A stretch of DNA of 47,229 nucleotides from positions 558,009-605,237 of the forward strand of contig NC_069006.1 of NCBI RefSeq assembly GCF_001194135.2, read 5' to 3'. The stretch is from Octopus bimaculoides. Taxonomy: Eukaryota. Positions 23,496-35,905 of the stretch are shown here, piece by piece. The first letter of the stretch is position 1. Each line of letters begins with the position of its first letter. A model generated the notes under the pieces. That model was given only the letters and a program-made list of their open reading frames with translations. It was not told the DNA's origin and searched no databases. Made by a program: the position numbers and the translations under genes.

Positions 23496-23874
23496 TGTAT
23501 CCTAAGTCTGATTCTTCGGGATGGTCACGCCAGATCTTACGAGGAACGAAATAGGGATGGGATAGATGGGAAGACATTGTGGAAGCTGGATTCATATTCA
23601 TTGTTCCTATTCTCAGATGGTAAGAAGACTTAATACCGCATCAACTGGTCCTCATGTACACGTAATTAAGCCGATTCTCTGTTACAAAGATTCGGAGCTG
23701 GTCCCTAATCTGATGATAGCACTCCTTTTCTTCAGGGACATGTAAAACAAAGTATCTTAGGGGACATTCTTTGTCTTCTCTCAATATGAGAGAAATAAAA
23801 TGCAGCTCGTACATTCTTCCTTAACGGGACCACAGAGTGTTAGTGGGACCCTGATATAAATTAGCCAACGAAGG

Positions 23875-24045
23875 AGACCACTTTAGTGGTAGAAACAGCA
23901 ACAAGATCCCTTTCACATTTTGCTCTCTTAAAGAAAAACACGTTTTGGCTAATGTTGTTCGAGATGTACAGTAGACGGGATGGTCATGGACGTAATGTCT
24001 TTGATCAGAGTTCTATTCTATCAAAGCCGATCTGAAGCTACACAA
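23875..24045 (+). mobile_element. Family E copy, opposite orientation
   Basis: GTAGAAACAGCAACAAGATC and AGACGGGATGGTCATGG...TCTTTGATCAGAG are reverse complements of the family E motifs. Confidence 0.55.
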
Positions 24046-25149
24046 TAAGGGTCTATGAGTTGGGTCACATATTGGTATGCTGCCTGGTATCGCAAAATCT
24101 GGATGAAGAGAGAGAGAGAGGGGGGAGAGAAAGAAAGAGAGACATAGACAGACATAGAAGGAGAGGAAGCGAGTGAGGTGACGAAAGGGGTATAGGGAAG
24201 GGAAGAGAAAGACAGATAAAATGCGTGTTTTATACATCATCGCTCGCTGGAGGCGGCAAGAATTGAACTGTATAAAACTGACAAATGTGGCGTTTTGGTG
24301 TACTGACGTTATAAGCTTCAAAAAGATCCCCTTTGTTCTACACACACACACAAGCATATATGTAAATGCATACAAATATACACGCACGCATATATATATA
24401 ATAATAATAATAACACAGATGGGCAGATGTTCACTACAGCTATTTCAAACGTGTTTTTTACTGAGGAAAAAAATCAATTACATAATGTGAAGTAAAAACG
24501 TTTTCATCTGGTGAATTAAAACTAATATTCAACATTTAAGATTTTTCACACAAATGGTATATAATGGTATACTGACCCTCTCATCTCGGTGTCAGTTGAG
24601 GGAGTAAGATGTATATAAATATATATACATGTATATGTATCTAAGTGATCACCTGTGTCATGAGAAACATAATTTAAAGGAAGCAAGTGTTCTACGTTGA
24701 CAAAAAGCAACAGCGATGAGGTATTTTCGTTCAAATCTAGTTCCTAGTCTTGCCAATTGACTAGAATATGCTTCCCCGATGACATCTAATACCAGCGAAA
24801 CATGTTCGCTATTTTGCCTTCCAATTAGAAAATTTTTAAACACCTACTAATTGCTCCGTTCAACTCGGTGAATAAGAGGCCGTTCGTATAATAGAAAGCG
24901 GAAGGGTCCATTGTAAAGGCGGTGGTGATGATAGGAGTTCTGAGTGGTAGCAATGAACTACACTAGAATTACGCCGCAGACAGAATTTCAGAGAATCAAA
25001 ATTTCTCAAATGTGCTCGGGGTGTCTGTGAAGGGGTGAGGGGCGTGGTTGGATTGTCTTATTTCTAGAATTCACAGCCTCAACCAGACTGGTGGCTGATA
25101 CTGAGTGCACTTCAGCAGAACAGTGTTTTAATAAACGCAGGGTGGAAGC

Positions 25150-25580
25150 GGTGTTGATACGGGTGGCGGGGGGCGGCGACAGCGGTGGTGGGTAGGGGTG
25201 TTGCTGCTGGTGGAGGCGGCGGCGGTGGTGGTGGTGGTGGTTGTAATGAAGTTCGTGGTGGCAGGGTAGAAGCAATGTTGCTGCTGGCGTCGGTGGTGAT
25301 GGTGGTGGTGGTGGTTGCTGGGGCGGTGGGGGTGATGATGGTTGCGATGGAGAAGTTGTTGTCGGTAATGGTATTAGTGGTGGATGGTTACGGTGATGTT
25401 ATTGGTGTTGCTGTTGGGGGTGGTTAGGGCTCGTGGTAGAGGTGGGGTGATAATGAGAGTGATAGTGATGACAATGTTGTGGGTGGTAGTAATAGTGAGG
25501 ATGATAATGGTGGCAGAGTTATTAGTGTTGTTGTTGTTATTGGTGGGTGGTGATGGTGGGTGTGGTGGTGGTGATGGCGA
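25150..25580. repeat. Degenerate (GGT)/(GAT)/(GTT) tract
   Basis: Direct reading. Confidence 0.85.
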
Positions 25581-25589
25581 TGTTACCGA

Positions 25590-25992
25590 TTTTTTGTTGT
25601 TTATCCCTAACTCATTCTAATGAAGCAAACCAAAGAATTTCCAGCCGTGACCAACACGCCTTTTCCCAAGGCACAATACACAGACTATTTAAGTGAATAT
25701 ACCCTTCTTTTCTAAGAAGGGTGTGTTTTGAGGGACTTTGGCTGCAATTTCTAGCCGACTGAACGATTGAGCAAAAGCTCAATCATTACTATTGTTGCTT
25801 TTGTTGTTTAACCCAAGGCACATTCTGGTCGAAGACAGCTGTTATCAGAGACATACCAGCTGCGACAATCCTGTTTGTTTAAGAGTACCTGGAACGATAT
25901 CAATTGTGATCTGGCCCTCTTCAAACCTATTGGTAAAGTGGAGTTTGAGGGAGATTTGGCTGCTATTACTAACCTGAGAAGCGACCACATAG
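25590..25992 (-). mobile_element. Two tandem family E copies (~25590-25780 and ~25800-25992)
   Basis: TTCCAGCCGTGACCA..GGGACTTTGGCTGCAATTTCTAGC; TTGTTGTTTAACCCAAGG..CTGGTCGAAG..GAGATTTGGCTGCTATTACTA..GCGACCACATAG. Confidence 0.6.
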
Positions 25993-26639
25993 TATGGTTT
26001 ACCCTCGTTGTCGGAATTAGAAATTGGAGGTGCCAGCGATAATAATGGTGTTGATTGATGATGATGGTGTGGAGGTGGTGGTGGATGATGATAATGGCAT
26101 TGATGGAGAAACTAGTGATAATGGGGATGAAGATGATGAGGAGGAGGAGGAAAATGATGATGATGATGACGACGACGTAGACTTCTTTTATCTCGTAGAC
26201 AAAGATAGTAGCTTAGAGGTTTCGAAAGGAATATCTCCCTGGCAGCTAAACTGCTAAGCAAAGAAAGAAAAAAAAAGAAAGAAAAGGAACCAAAAAAAAA
26301 AAAAAATCAATTACACATTTATAACAACAACAAAAACAACAACTATAATATAGAATCTCGAGCAATTTTATTTATTTATTTTTTCGGCATTCCAGACAAC
26401 AAAGGTTAGACAGTAGTATAACATTCAAAGATGTAAGCATCGTGTACGGAAATTGGTGTTTAAGAATAATCTCGGGTATTTGTACTAATATAGAGGGTAT
26501 AGAAAACATTCTTCCGTAGTGGGCAACCGCTGTCTGGTGAAAGGACACTATCCGAAACGTCAGATTTTTTTTCTCTTTCTTGTGGTGACATCTTTGAGCT
26601 GGCGTCTCCTCTAACTGTTTTTAACTAGGTGGGTCCTCT

Positions 26640-26885
26640 CCTTTCTACTTGGTCGTGTCTTTGGCTCATCGTCGTTGCGTCTTTTCTATAAATTTTTCTA
26701 CGGTCATTGTTCTCCTGAACTTTCTGGCTTATTATCCCCTGTCAATACATTTAGACATGTCACCTGCTTCTCTTCCCAGTGCATTGTTCCTCTGTTGAGC
26801 TTCCTGTTAGTCGTAAGTCCTTCTACTGAAATATCTTCTTTCTTCGAACTTCTGCTCTCTGGAACTCCTTACCCTCGCCTTATTA
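26640..26885 (+). mobile_element. CR1/L2-group LINE ORF2 C-terminal remnant
   Basis: Peptides SLAHRR, LFYKFFYGHCSPELSGLL and (shifted frame) SSFF.RTSALWNSLPS match the invertebrate CR1-like ORF2 end (HRR.VA.L.LFY.Y..G.CS.EL...SFF.RTS.LWNSLP). Confidence 0.65.
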
Positions 26886-26949
26886 GGGACAAAAATCTTT
26901 AAAAAAAGAATCTTTCCTCAACAGAATGTGCGAGCAAAGAATGCCAAGT

Positions 26950-27115
26950 TTCTACGTGGTCGACTCGACCTTCTAAAACTAGCAGTCAGATCTTTGTCAT
27001 ATTAAACATATCTTGAACATAAGGAAGATTATTGAAAGATATAGTTTTACGAGATGATGGAATGTTCGAGAAAATATCTGGATGGGGCATTGATCTAAAA
27101 AAACCAGGGTCACAA
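26950..27115 (+). mobile_element. Family E copy, opposite orientation
   Basis: CTACGTGGTCGACTCGACCTTCTAAAACTAGCAGTCAGATCT is the reverse complement of the family E motif; ends CCAGGGTCACAACAGCAA. Confidence 0.55.
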
Positions 27116-27270
27116 CAGCAAGAATATCCTCCTAGTAACCAGTTTTGCTTAATTCAAGACCCCACATTACATAAGTGGGGTGTCATCACCGTTACCACCA
27201 TCGCTATCATCATCGTCACCATCTTTATCAACACCATTACCATCATCACCACTATCATTCATCATCTTCA

Positions 27271-27330
<60 letters not shown>

Positions 27331-27904
27331 GGGTTTGAGGCATCTATATGCATGTGTATTGTTTTATGCGTTTATATAGAATTGTGTGTATGTGTGTGTG
27401 TGTGAAAGAGAGAGATAGAGAGAGAGAGATGGAGAGACTGAAAGAGGTCAACATACGCACATGTTGAACGACGTTGAAACTTGTCCAAGAGAAACACAAG
27501 GAACGACATATGGAGAGCTGAGGACGGTGGAAGGGCGGGAACGTGGTTGCTACTAATTTGTGAATGTGTAGGGGGGGGGGTGCCATCTCGATATGATTAA
27601 GAACGGAGACAACAACAACAACAACAATTGCAATTAAGTGAAACTGCCAGATAGAAACAGCAGCTAAGTCTCCCACGAAAAGACAGCCATCTGCTAGGTA
27701 AGATTAACAATAACAACTACACCATTATTAACGATTTTTCAACATCATCACCATCATCGTCGTCATCCCCGTTACCACCGTCGTCACCATCATTATCATC
27801 ACCATCATCACCACTATCATTCATCATCATCATCATCACAGTTATCATAACCACTACCGACACCACCATCATCCCTATAATCTATATCGATGTGTGCATG
27901 CGTG

Positions 27905-28105
27905 TGTGTGTCTTTGTTTGTCTCCCGCCACCACTTGACAACCGGTGTAGGGTTGCTTACATCCCCATAATGTAGCAGTTCGGCATAATCATACTATAGA
28001 ATAAGTACAAGAGTCATAAAATAAGTCCTGGGGTCGATTTGTTCCACTAAAAACCACCAAGGCGGTGCTCCAGCGTGACCGCGGTCTAGTGACTGAAACG
28101 AAAGA
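27905..28105 (+). mobile_element. SINE-A 3' half
   Basis: CACTTGACAACCGGTG, ATAGAATAAGTAC, AATAAGTCCTGGGGTCGATTTG, GGCGGTGCTCCAGC..GACTGAAAC. Confidence 0.8.
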
Positions 28106-28907
28106 TGATACATATACACAAGCACACATGTACATGCGCACATTGGTGTATATAATTATATGCATAAATATATATTCTTGACTCTCGGAACTGCTGTCAC
28201 AACTATCAAGCGAGTCGATCATCAAGATCGTTCTGCCGCCTTCTGTAAACAGAGAAGAGCAGCGAAAGAGGTGGAATGGAAGACGCACATGAAAGGGATT
28301 ATGGCAGGGCACCACCATCTCCGGCTGTGCCTTGGTAAACTTCTTTGTGTTTCACCTGAGAAGGAAAGTACGGCTGGAGAAGAGATGCCTGCCATCCAGC
28401 AAGTATAGTAAAAGATGGAAGAAAGTGGTTCAAATGATGGGTGTGAAAGGGCCTGGTTAACCGAGATTGAAAAAGGATACTAAAACAGTTCAGCGTAGGA
28501 ATGTGGTTGGCGGGATCGAACCCGAATTCCACGCTCCTGGTTATTATCTCGTTCGAAATTTATATTGTCATATAGCTTTAGTTATGTGCACTCATCACTC
28601 GTTTAAGTGCCAGACCCCTTGTTTGTCCTGTAGTGTCCCCTCTGTGTCAAATTTGTATAGTTATTGAAAAAATATGTATTATACAGTCATGTGCACGTGT
28701 GGTCGAGAAAGTTTGTATGCGTGTATCTGTGCATACGAGTGTGTGTGTGTGTGTGTGTGAGAAAATGAAAGAGGTGGAAAGAAAGAAAGAAAGGGAGAGA
28801 GAAGGAAAGGGAGAGAAAGAGAAATTATTTTAAAAATAATTCACGAGTCAAAAGAAATTTAAAGTTTCCTTATCGTGATTATGACTTCACAATATCGGTA
28901 AAGTTTC

Positions 28908-28948
<41 letters not shown>

Positions 28949-28960
28949 GAAGAGAGAGAG

Positions 28961-28991
<31 letters not shown>

Positions 28992-29189
28992 GAGATACAT
29001 AGACAGACAGACCGATAAATAGACAGACAGATAAATAGATAGTGTGTATGTGTATATACGTAACTTATATATGTGTGTTTATATGTGTGCTGTTTGTGAG
29101 TGTTTGTGTGAAACATACATCCCATTAAAAGAAATTCTATTTTTCCTTATTGTAATTATGACGTCACAATATCAATAAAGTTTCTTCAG

Positions 29190-29480
29190 ATTTTCCCAAA
29201 ACCCTTCAGTTTCTTTCAACCTTTCACGGTGATTAGAAGCTAGGAAATGTGTGCGCCAGGGGGCGTACCCGGACACCTGAAGACTAGTGTGAAGTGGCAG
29301 TCATCTTCAGCTTGTTTTTGGTGTTTGTGGGGTTGTTTTATGCACCTCTGAGTTCTTAAACACCCAACGTAACATGCTGGTTGGTAGCATAACATAGTTA
29401 CAAGGTGTCCGGTAGTGTTCCTGCGTCCGGATGAACTCTTAACCAGGCGATTTCAGGACAGAAAACCTGGGGGTTCCAGC
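29190..29480 (-). mobile_element. Possible degenerate Tc1/mariner (maT/DD37D-like) transposase C-terminal remnant
   Basis: Minus strand gives (frameshifted) KT.P.NTKNKLK, recalling the maT-type NKTP.NTKD.LK segment; no catalytic motif recovered. Confidence 0.3.
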
Positions 29481-29865
29481 CAGAAACATACACCTCACTC
29501 TGCATGCAATCATACTCAATATTTTATTGCTTACTCAAGATATGGACGTAAGTATGTCAACAGAATATGGCTGTAGATGCATTTAGTATTTTAATAAAAC
29601 GTAAGCTTGTTACCAATAAAATATTTAACGTTGCTGTTCTAGATATTTCTATAATAAAATGTATTAATTTCTTTATTATTTGTTCGATAAACATCAAGTA
29701 TGTATAACAGGATTTGCAAACACCAGTCGACAAATGTCTTTCGTTACAAGTGTACATGTGTGTGGTTCTGTTTGCATGAGTGTGTATGTGTGTGAGGTCT
29801 GTGTGTGTCGGGCTCGTACGTCCATTTTCACTCTCATCCCCTCGCTCCACTTTTCTGTCTGTAAG

Positions 29866-29908
<43 letters not shown>

Positions 29909-30015
29909 CATGCATACACACACACACACACACACGTGTGTGCTCCTAGTCTTCTACGCCCTCGCTCTCTCTTACACTATGTCTTTCACCCTTTCTCTCT
30001 CCCCATATAGACAAA

Positions 30016-30275
30016 CACGGCGGAGCGTTATTTTATTCAGCAAGACACTTCACTTCACGTTACTCCAGTCCACTCAACTGGCAAAAATGAATAGTACGTG
30101 TATTTCAAAGGGCCAGCCCAGTAATATTACATGTCACACTAAATCTCCCTGAGAACTACGTTAAGGGTACGCGTTTCTGTGGAGTGCTCAGCCACTTGCA
30201 CGTTAATTTCACGAACAGGCTGTTCCATTGATCGGATCAACTGGAACCCTCGTCGTCGCAACTGACGGAGTGTTA
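30016..30275 (+). mobile_element. SINE-D, tail type 1 (head truncated)
   Basis: AGCAAGACACTT..CACGTTACTCCAGTCCACTCAACTGGCAAAAATG, TTTCAAAGGGCCAGC, AATCTCCCTGAGAACTACGTTAAGGGT, GATCGGATCAACTGGAACCCTCGTCGTC. Confidence 0.85.
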
Positions 30276-31314
30276 GAATGGATGTAGACCTTGATGAATC
30301 ACCATTTGATCGAAGGCACTGCTTTTATTCATCAGCAACGCATAAATAGGACAATTTCAGGCAACTTCCGCTTCATTTATCTGTCTTTATTTCATTCAAA
30401 TATCCTTCTTACACTTATTTATTTATTTGTTCTATTTTTCTAAGTTGTTAAATATGATGGACGAACTATCGTGTGTGTGTGTATGTATGTATGCGTGTGT
30501 GTGTGTGTATGCGCACGGCCTCCAATGGAATATGTAAAGGACTAATATTTATTCAGCAATCTCTTTTTGCTAAAGCGCTTTGTTACGAAGACGCAAACTA
30601 ACACCAATTGTCACGAGTTTCTGAGAAGAACAGAAAGATGCAAACAAATATGCATATATTTTTGAGTATATATATATATATATATATACACATATATATA
30701 TATATAGATAGATAGATTTGTATATATATTAGGGATGGGTTGACGCTAAGATAGTGTGGCTGGACATGCGTCTATGTATGCATGTCTGTCAGTGGATTTG
30801 TATTTGTGTGTGAATATTTTATATATATATATANNNNNNNNNNNNNNNNNNNNNNNNNNNNNNNNNNNNNNNNNNNNNNNNNNNNNNNNNNNNNNNNNNN
30901 NNNNNNNNNNNNNNNNNNNNNNNNNNNNNNNNNNNNNNNNNNNNNNNNNNNNNNNNNNNNNNNNNNNNNNNNNNNNNNNNNNNNNNNNNNNNNNNNNNNN
31001 NNNNNNNNNNNNNNNNNNNNNNNNNNNNNNNNNNNNNNNNNNNNNNNNNNNNNNNNNNNNNNNNNNNNNNNNNNNNNNNNNNNNNNNNNNNNNNNNNNNN
31101 NNNNNNNNNNNNNNNNNNNNNNNNNNNNNNNNNNNNNNNNNNNNNNNNNNNNNNNNNNNNNNNNNNNNNNNNNNNNNNNNNNNNNNNNNNNNNNNNNNNN
31201 NNNNNNNNNNNNNNNNNNNNNNNNNNNNNNNNNNNNNNNNNNNNNNNNNNNNNNNNNNNNNNNNNNNNNNNNNNNNNNNNNNNNNNNNNNNNNNNNNNNN
31301 NNNNNNNNNNNNNN

Positions 31315-31348
<34 letters not shown>

Positions 31349-32811
31349 GTACGATTCTATCTGTCGTTGTGTTTGTATATCTCCATGTGTGTGTGTGTGC
31401 TAATGTTTCTACTTTAAACAGCTGGATTCAAAGAAGTCTTAATCGGAAATTCTTCAGAAACCCCTCGCAGTTTAGTCTACAACAATGATTGGATTAACTG
31501 AAAGGATTAGTGGAAGCAACACAAAACTTATCGGTGCCCAATCAGCTTTGATATATCATAATATCATTACAATGGTGTTTGTTTCGTACATATATCAATG
31601 CACACAGTAACATAAATATACCTGTGCGTATACATTTATATACACACACAACTGTATGTATACATAGAGATATGAAGATATGTGAACAAAAATGCCTGCA
31701 TGTGCATATTTGTGTATATATATACATATATATATATATTCATACATACACGCGCACATATATAATATATACATCCGTTGAACGTATATGGACTCGGGAT
31801 TAAAGAAATGTAGAGCAGCTAAAGAAAAGGGGAGATAATTCCATTAGTGAGAATTTGTATATCTGGTCTTAAGAAGGAAACCTGTTAAATGTTTTAATGG
31901 TCGAGAAATTGGTAGAAGATAGCACAGTTTGACAAACCTAAATGAATCCCGGAAGAGAACGCTGACGTGAAATCACACATGCATACGCACGTGAGCATAT
32001 GCAAAGATTTACACTCTCTACAGACGTCGACATATGGGCGTATGAGTGTGTGTATACACACGCACACACACACACGCATGTATGTACATTTATGTGAGTG
32101 AGTATATGTGTGCGCGTCTGTCTATATGTATAGAAATTTATACATTACACACACTCATACAGATATACACACACCGTATATATAATACATAACACGTATG
32201 ATTTGTTGTGTGGATGTACGGAAAGATGTTGTCTCTGTGTGTATGTATGTATACACTAATACTTCGATGTACGTATGTATGTATATAAATCTATACATCA
32301 ACTAACGAAGTTAGTATATTCCATTGTTTTCTTTCAGTGATTCTTTGGGGTTTGTTTTTTCACTACTCGTAGAATCTTCGTAATGAGATGAAGGTAAAAG
32401 TTATTTTTTTTATGCAGGTAAATTCTTCGAATTATTGAAAGAAATAGTAACTCATTCCAAAGTACAGTAGGTTGTAAATGCCCCTACGCTGATAGTGAAA
32501 AAATTTCTTTGAACAAAACTCTACGTAATTCCATAAGAAAAAATATATACGCTCTTCCTTTAGTTTCTGTAACGAGAAAATGCGAACGCACAAAAAGTGA
32601 AAAGTTGCTCTTTTAGTTCGGTTCGGTTTTTATTTTTAGCAAAAAACTTTTTTAAATGGATAAAGGCATGAAGGATTATCTGCTTTCCCTTCTTCCAAAC
32701 TTCTAAGTCTTCCCACTAATAATTCGAAGCCACCTTTGCCAATCATTTCACTCTGAGACATCGTTCAAAATTCGGTTCAATTTTCTTAGAGTCCACTTTG
32801 ATGCAGGAATT

Positions 32812-33285
32812 ATTCCTATCCATCCATTTTCTCTGCACCCTAACCCTAACCCTATCCCTAGACAGAGTCCCTCAGCACCTCCTCCATGGCGTCCTCTCAG
32901 AAGCAGTTGTCATCACACTTTCCAGATGGATTGTCAAGCATGAACAACTGAGTCTATGGATGTTGTTCAACCATATCGTTGTTGGTCTACCCCTACATCT
33001 CCTGCTGGTTGGCTTGGCGATTCTTTCCCGTGACATTCTAACCACTTATCCGTAGTATCGGAGTCATGACCTCTCAATGCGAACTAGTAGCTCGACCTGG
33101 AAAGATTCCCTGATCTCCGAGTTACGCAACCTGTCGAGTAACGTTACTCAAGAGATCTTTCGGACGAAACTCAAATGCGGCCGCTGGTATTTGCGATCGT
33201 ACTCTTTCGGCCTTTACCCAACATTCATGGCCATAAATGAGGATTGGCACAAAACCGAATTGAGGGTAGCAAAGCGGGATTTTTA
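32812..33285 (-). mobile_element. RTE-clade LINE, 5'-truncated 3' end
   Basis: Minus-strand peptides VPILIYGHECWVKAERVRSQI and VTLLDRLRNSEIRESFQVELLVRIERS*LRYYG*VVRMSRERIAK..RGRPTTIWLNNIHRLS..ERTPWRRC; (GGAT)-like tail ATGGATGGATAGGAA. Confidence 0.8.
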
Positions 33286-33481
33286 AACCTACCTCCCCTC
33301 TTTTATGAAGTTATTTGATGCTTATACAAGATACTGAAATGAATTCTGATTTTCAAAAGAAAAAAATATTACTTTAGAATATAATTAAATGCAACAAATG
33401 TATTTTGCTAAATTTTATTAAGATAATTGCAAATCTACTTTATGAAAATACCTTGTAAAGGAATTTTCTCCTCACAACGCA

Positions 33482-33760
33482 ATGAAAGAGCGGTTCGACC
33501 TCGAGAGACTCCCTGGTCTACGAGTTAAGCACAATCAAGAAATGCTACCCCAGAAGTCCTTTCTTTCGGTTTTTACCCAACATGCATGACCATAGGCATT
33601 TAGGCAAGACAGCCGATTTGAAAACGGCAAGTTAGGCTTATTTTGTTAACCTTTCCTCTTCTGAGGATCGAACGCTGAGGCTAGCGGATTACCGTGCCAG
33701 CACCTGCAATTCTAGTGTACAATTCAGCCTCCTGCTTCCCATCACTCGTGAATGTATATG
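33482..33760 (-). mobile_element. Second RTE-clade LINE fragment
   Basis: Peptides FTSDGKQEAELYTRIAGAGTVIR, LAVFKSAVLP, YGHACWVKTER and TRESLEVEPL. Confidence 0.7.
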
Positions 33761-33774
33761 AAAATACATTTCAT

Positions 33775-34230
33775 TTTCAGCTTGGTGACCATTCTAGTCC
33801 AGTGCACTGTTGATAACACGAAGCAATGTAATCGCAAGCATCAAGCAATATCTCGTTCGCTATTTGAGCGCTTTCGCCTTCAATGGCTGCCTTTAATTCG
33901 TCGACTGTTGAGGGTTTTGTACCATTAACAGGAATTATTTCATCAAGGTTATTTTGATAAGATCTCTCGCGTTAAAACCGATTCTCGATGGGTATCTTCT
34001 TTGCTGTCTGAACGGAATTCATCGTGTGTGATATTTTTACTACTTCCTTAAGGTCACCGTAATTGAGGCTTTTGTTCGCAATGAACAAAGAATATAAACT
34101 TGTATCCGGTTCTTCAACTCACACTTCCTGTAGCATTTGTACAAAACTCTTACTGATTAAGACAGCTTCTTCTTCTGCCCCACAGAAACGGATTCTTTCT
34201 ACTGGTTTCAGTTATTGAACTGCAGACATA
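33775..34230 (-). mobile_element. Internally deleted Tc1/mariner-superfamily transposase remnant (DD41D/rosa- or DD37-like C-terminus)
   Basis: Minus-strand GTKPSTVDELKAAIEGESAQIANEILLDACDYIASCYQQC..NGHQ matches the K(P)x(T)xxELKxAI..EI..I...L......C...NG.H C-terminal pattern; subfamily uncertain. Confidence 0.55.
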
Positions 34231-34440
34231 CTTGAGTTCCACCTTGGTGGATTTAAGTCGAACAAATTCATACCAATACATATTTTAAAATCTCACATTT
34301 ATAACATCAACCTGCTCTTATTAGAAAGTAAACAAACTAATGCCGGTTGTTAAACGATATGAACACAAACACATACAAACGCACAAACATACAAAGACAC
34401 ATATACATATATAACACAGTTTACATTTATCAGATTCTCT

Positions 34441-34712
34441 CAGAGCACACTGGGTGGACCGAGAATACAGTAGAATATAGTTGCCCGAAGCAAATTGGGC
34501 TGATCAGTGCCCACCACCCATAATACAATCCACTTTCCGGCTTTCACCAATTCCGTCAAATGAAGAGCAAATTTCGGGGACAAAGATTTGATGGCGTAGA
34601 CGAAGTCAAAGTGGCTGTAAAATGAGTACAACTTTGCAAATCTGTATTCCTTTAGAAGGATACGAAACTTGGGTTCAACGGCGACACAGAAACATCGCTT
34701 GTGATGAAGATT
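34441..34712 (+). mobile_element. Mariner transposase C-terminal remnant
   Basis: KLG*SV..HP.YNP..FHQFRQMKSKFRGQRFDGVDEVKVAV..EGYETWVQR resembles LGWEVLPHPPYSPDL..D(F/Y)HLF..K..LRG.RF....EV. Confidence 0.6.
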
Positions 34713-34897
34713 GGGAGATGGTGCTAAAAAGTTCCTGGTTATGGGTAAAAGAAAATACAAGAGGAGGATCAGTTAATTATGATTTCATTCACCATGTTCT
34801 CCTCTCAGATTCACACAGACTTATTGCAGCGGTCCTTCACTTTCCTAACCCCAGTAAAAGAAGTCGGAAGCCAGGAACTTTTCAGCACCCCGTCGCA
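34712..34897 (-). mobile_element. Mariner-derived MITE
   Basis: Inverted ends GGTGCTAAAAAGTTCCTGGTT (34720-34740) and AGCCAGGAACTTTTCAGCACC (34869-34889), 19/21 match; internal minus-strand GVRKVKDRCNKSVNLRGEHGE* resembles a mariner C-terminus. Confidence 0.75.
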
Positions 34898-35142
34898 TGT
34901 TGAATAGTAGCTTTGTAGAGGGGAAGAGTTTACTCCACCAACATGTACAATTAATTTGAACAAACCACAATTCCTAAAAAAAAAAAGAGAAGATACGCCC
35001 ACTTTTGCATAACCTTCAGTCTATCCTTCGCATGTGTGTGAGACAGACAAAAGGAGAAAGAGTTGGAGAGATAGACAGGTATTGATACACACACACACAC
35101 GTATTTGCATTTATACTTGTCTATATGTACATACACATATAC

Positions 35143-35183
<41 letters not shown>

Positions 35184-35289
35184 TATATACACACACACAC
35201 ACAGAGGTAGAAATACAAATACAGAAGTGCGTGTGTGTGTATGTATATATATATACACACACACACCCACAAATCAGGATAGACATTGT

Positions 35290-35293
35290 TCAT

Positions 35294-35363
<70 letters not shown>

Positions 35364-35372
35364 CATATATAC

Positions 35373-35419
<47 letters not shown>

Positions 35420-35420
35420 C

Positions 35421-35451
<31 letters not shown>

Positions 35452-35462
35452 CATACATATAT
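35290..35462. repeat. Compound (TA)n/TACA repeat
   Basis: Direct reading. Confidence 0.9.
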
Positions 35463-35721
35463 AAAATGAACAATGTCTATCGTGATTTGTGGGTGTGGGT
35501 GGATGTGAGAGTGGAGAACGTGTTTTCTAATGACTCCCCATTATTTCAAATACAAATTACATAATTCTGGCAGCTGTTTGTGTCTATTATGATAATCATA
35601 ATTAAAATATTATTATATTTCTACATAAACATATAAATATATTCATAAACTTACTGATAGACACACAGATACTTACATATACACATACAATATATATTTA
35701 TGTTAGCGCGCGCATGTATGT

Positions 35722-35870
35722 ATAGGCGTAAAAATGGCTATGTCGCTCGAGGTTCAGTCCCACTAGGCGGCATCCTAGGTTAGTGTTTTCTACTATAAAC
35801 CAGAGCTAAGCGAAGCTTAGTGAGTGAATTTGTCAGACGGAAACTATATAGAAGCTCATTGTATATGCAT

Positions 35871-35905
<35 letters not shown>

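Noticed and set aside
23493-23633. 46-aa ORF ending near a strong donor ATG|GTAAGA
   Set aside because: No good acceptor, no recognisable peptide, and it overlaps repeat remnants.
25160-25200. Potential G-quadruplex
   Set aside because: One loop is long and the motif sits in a (GGT)n tract where such patterns are common.
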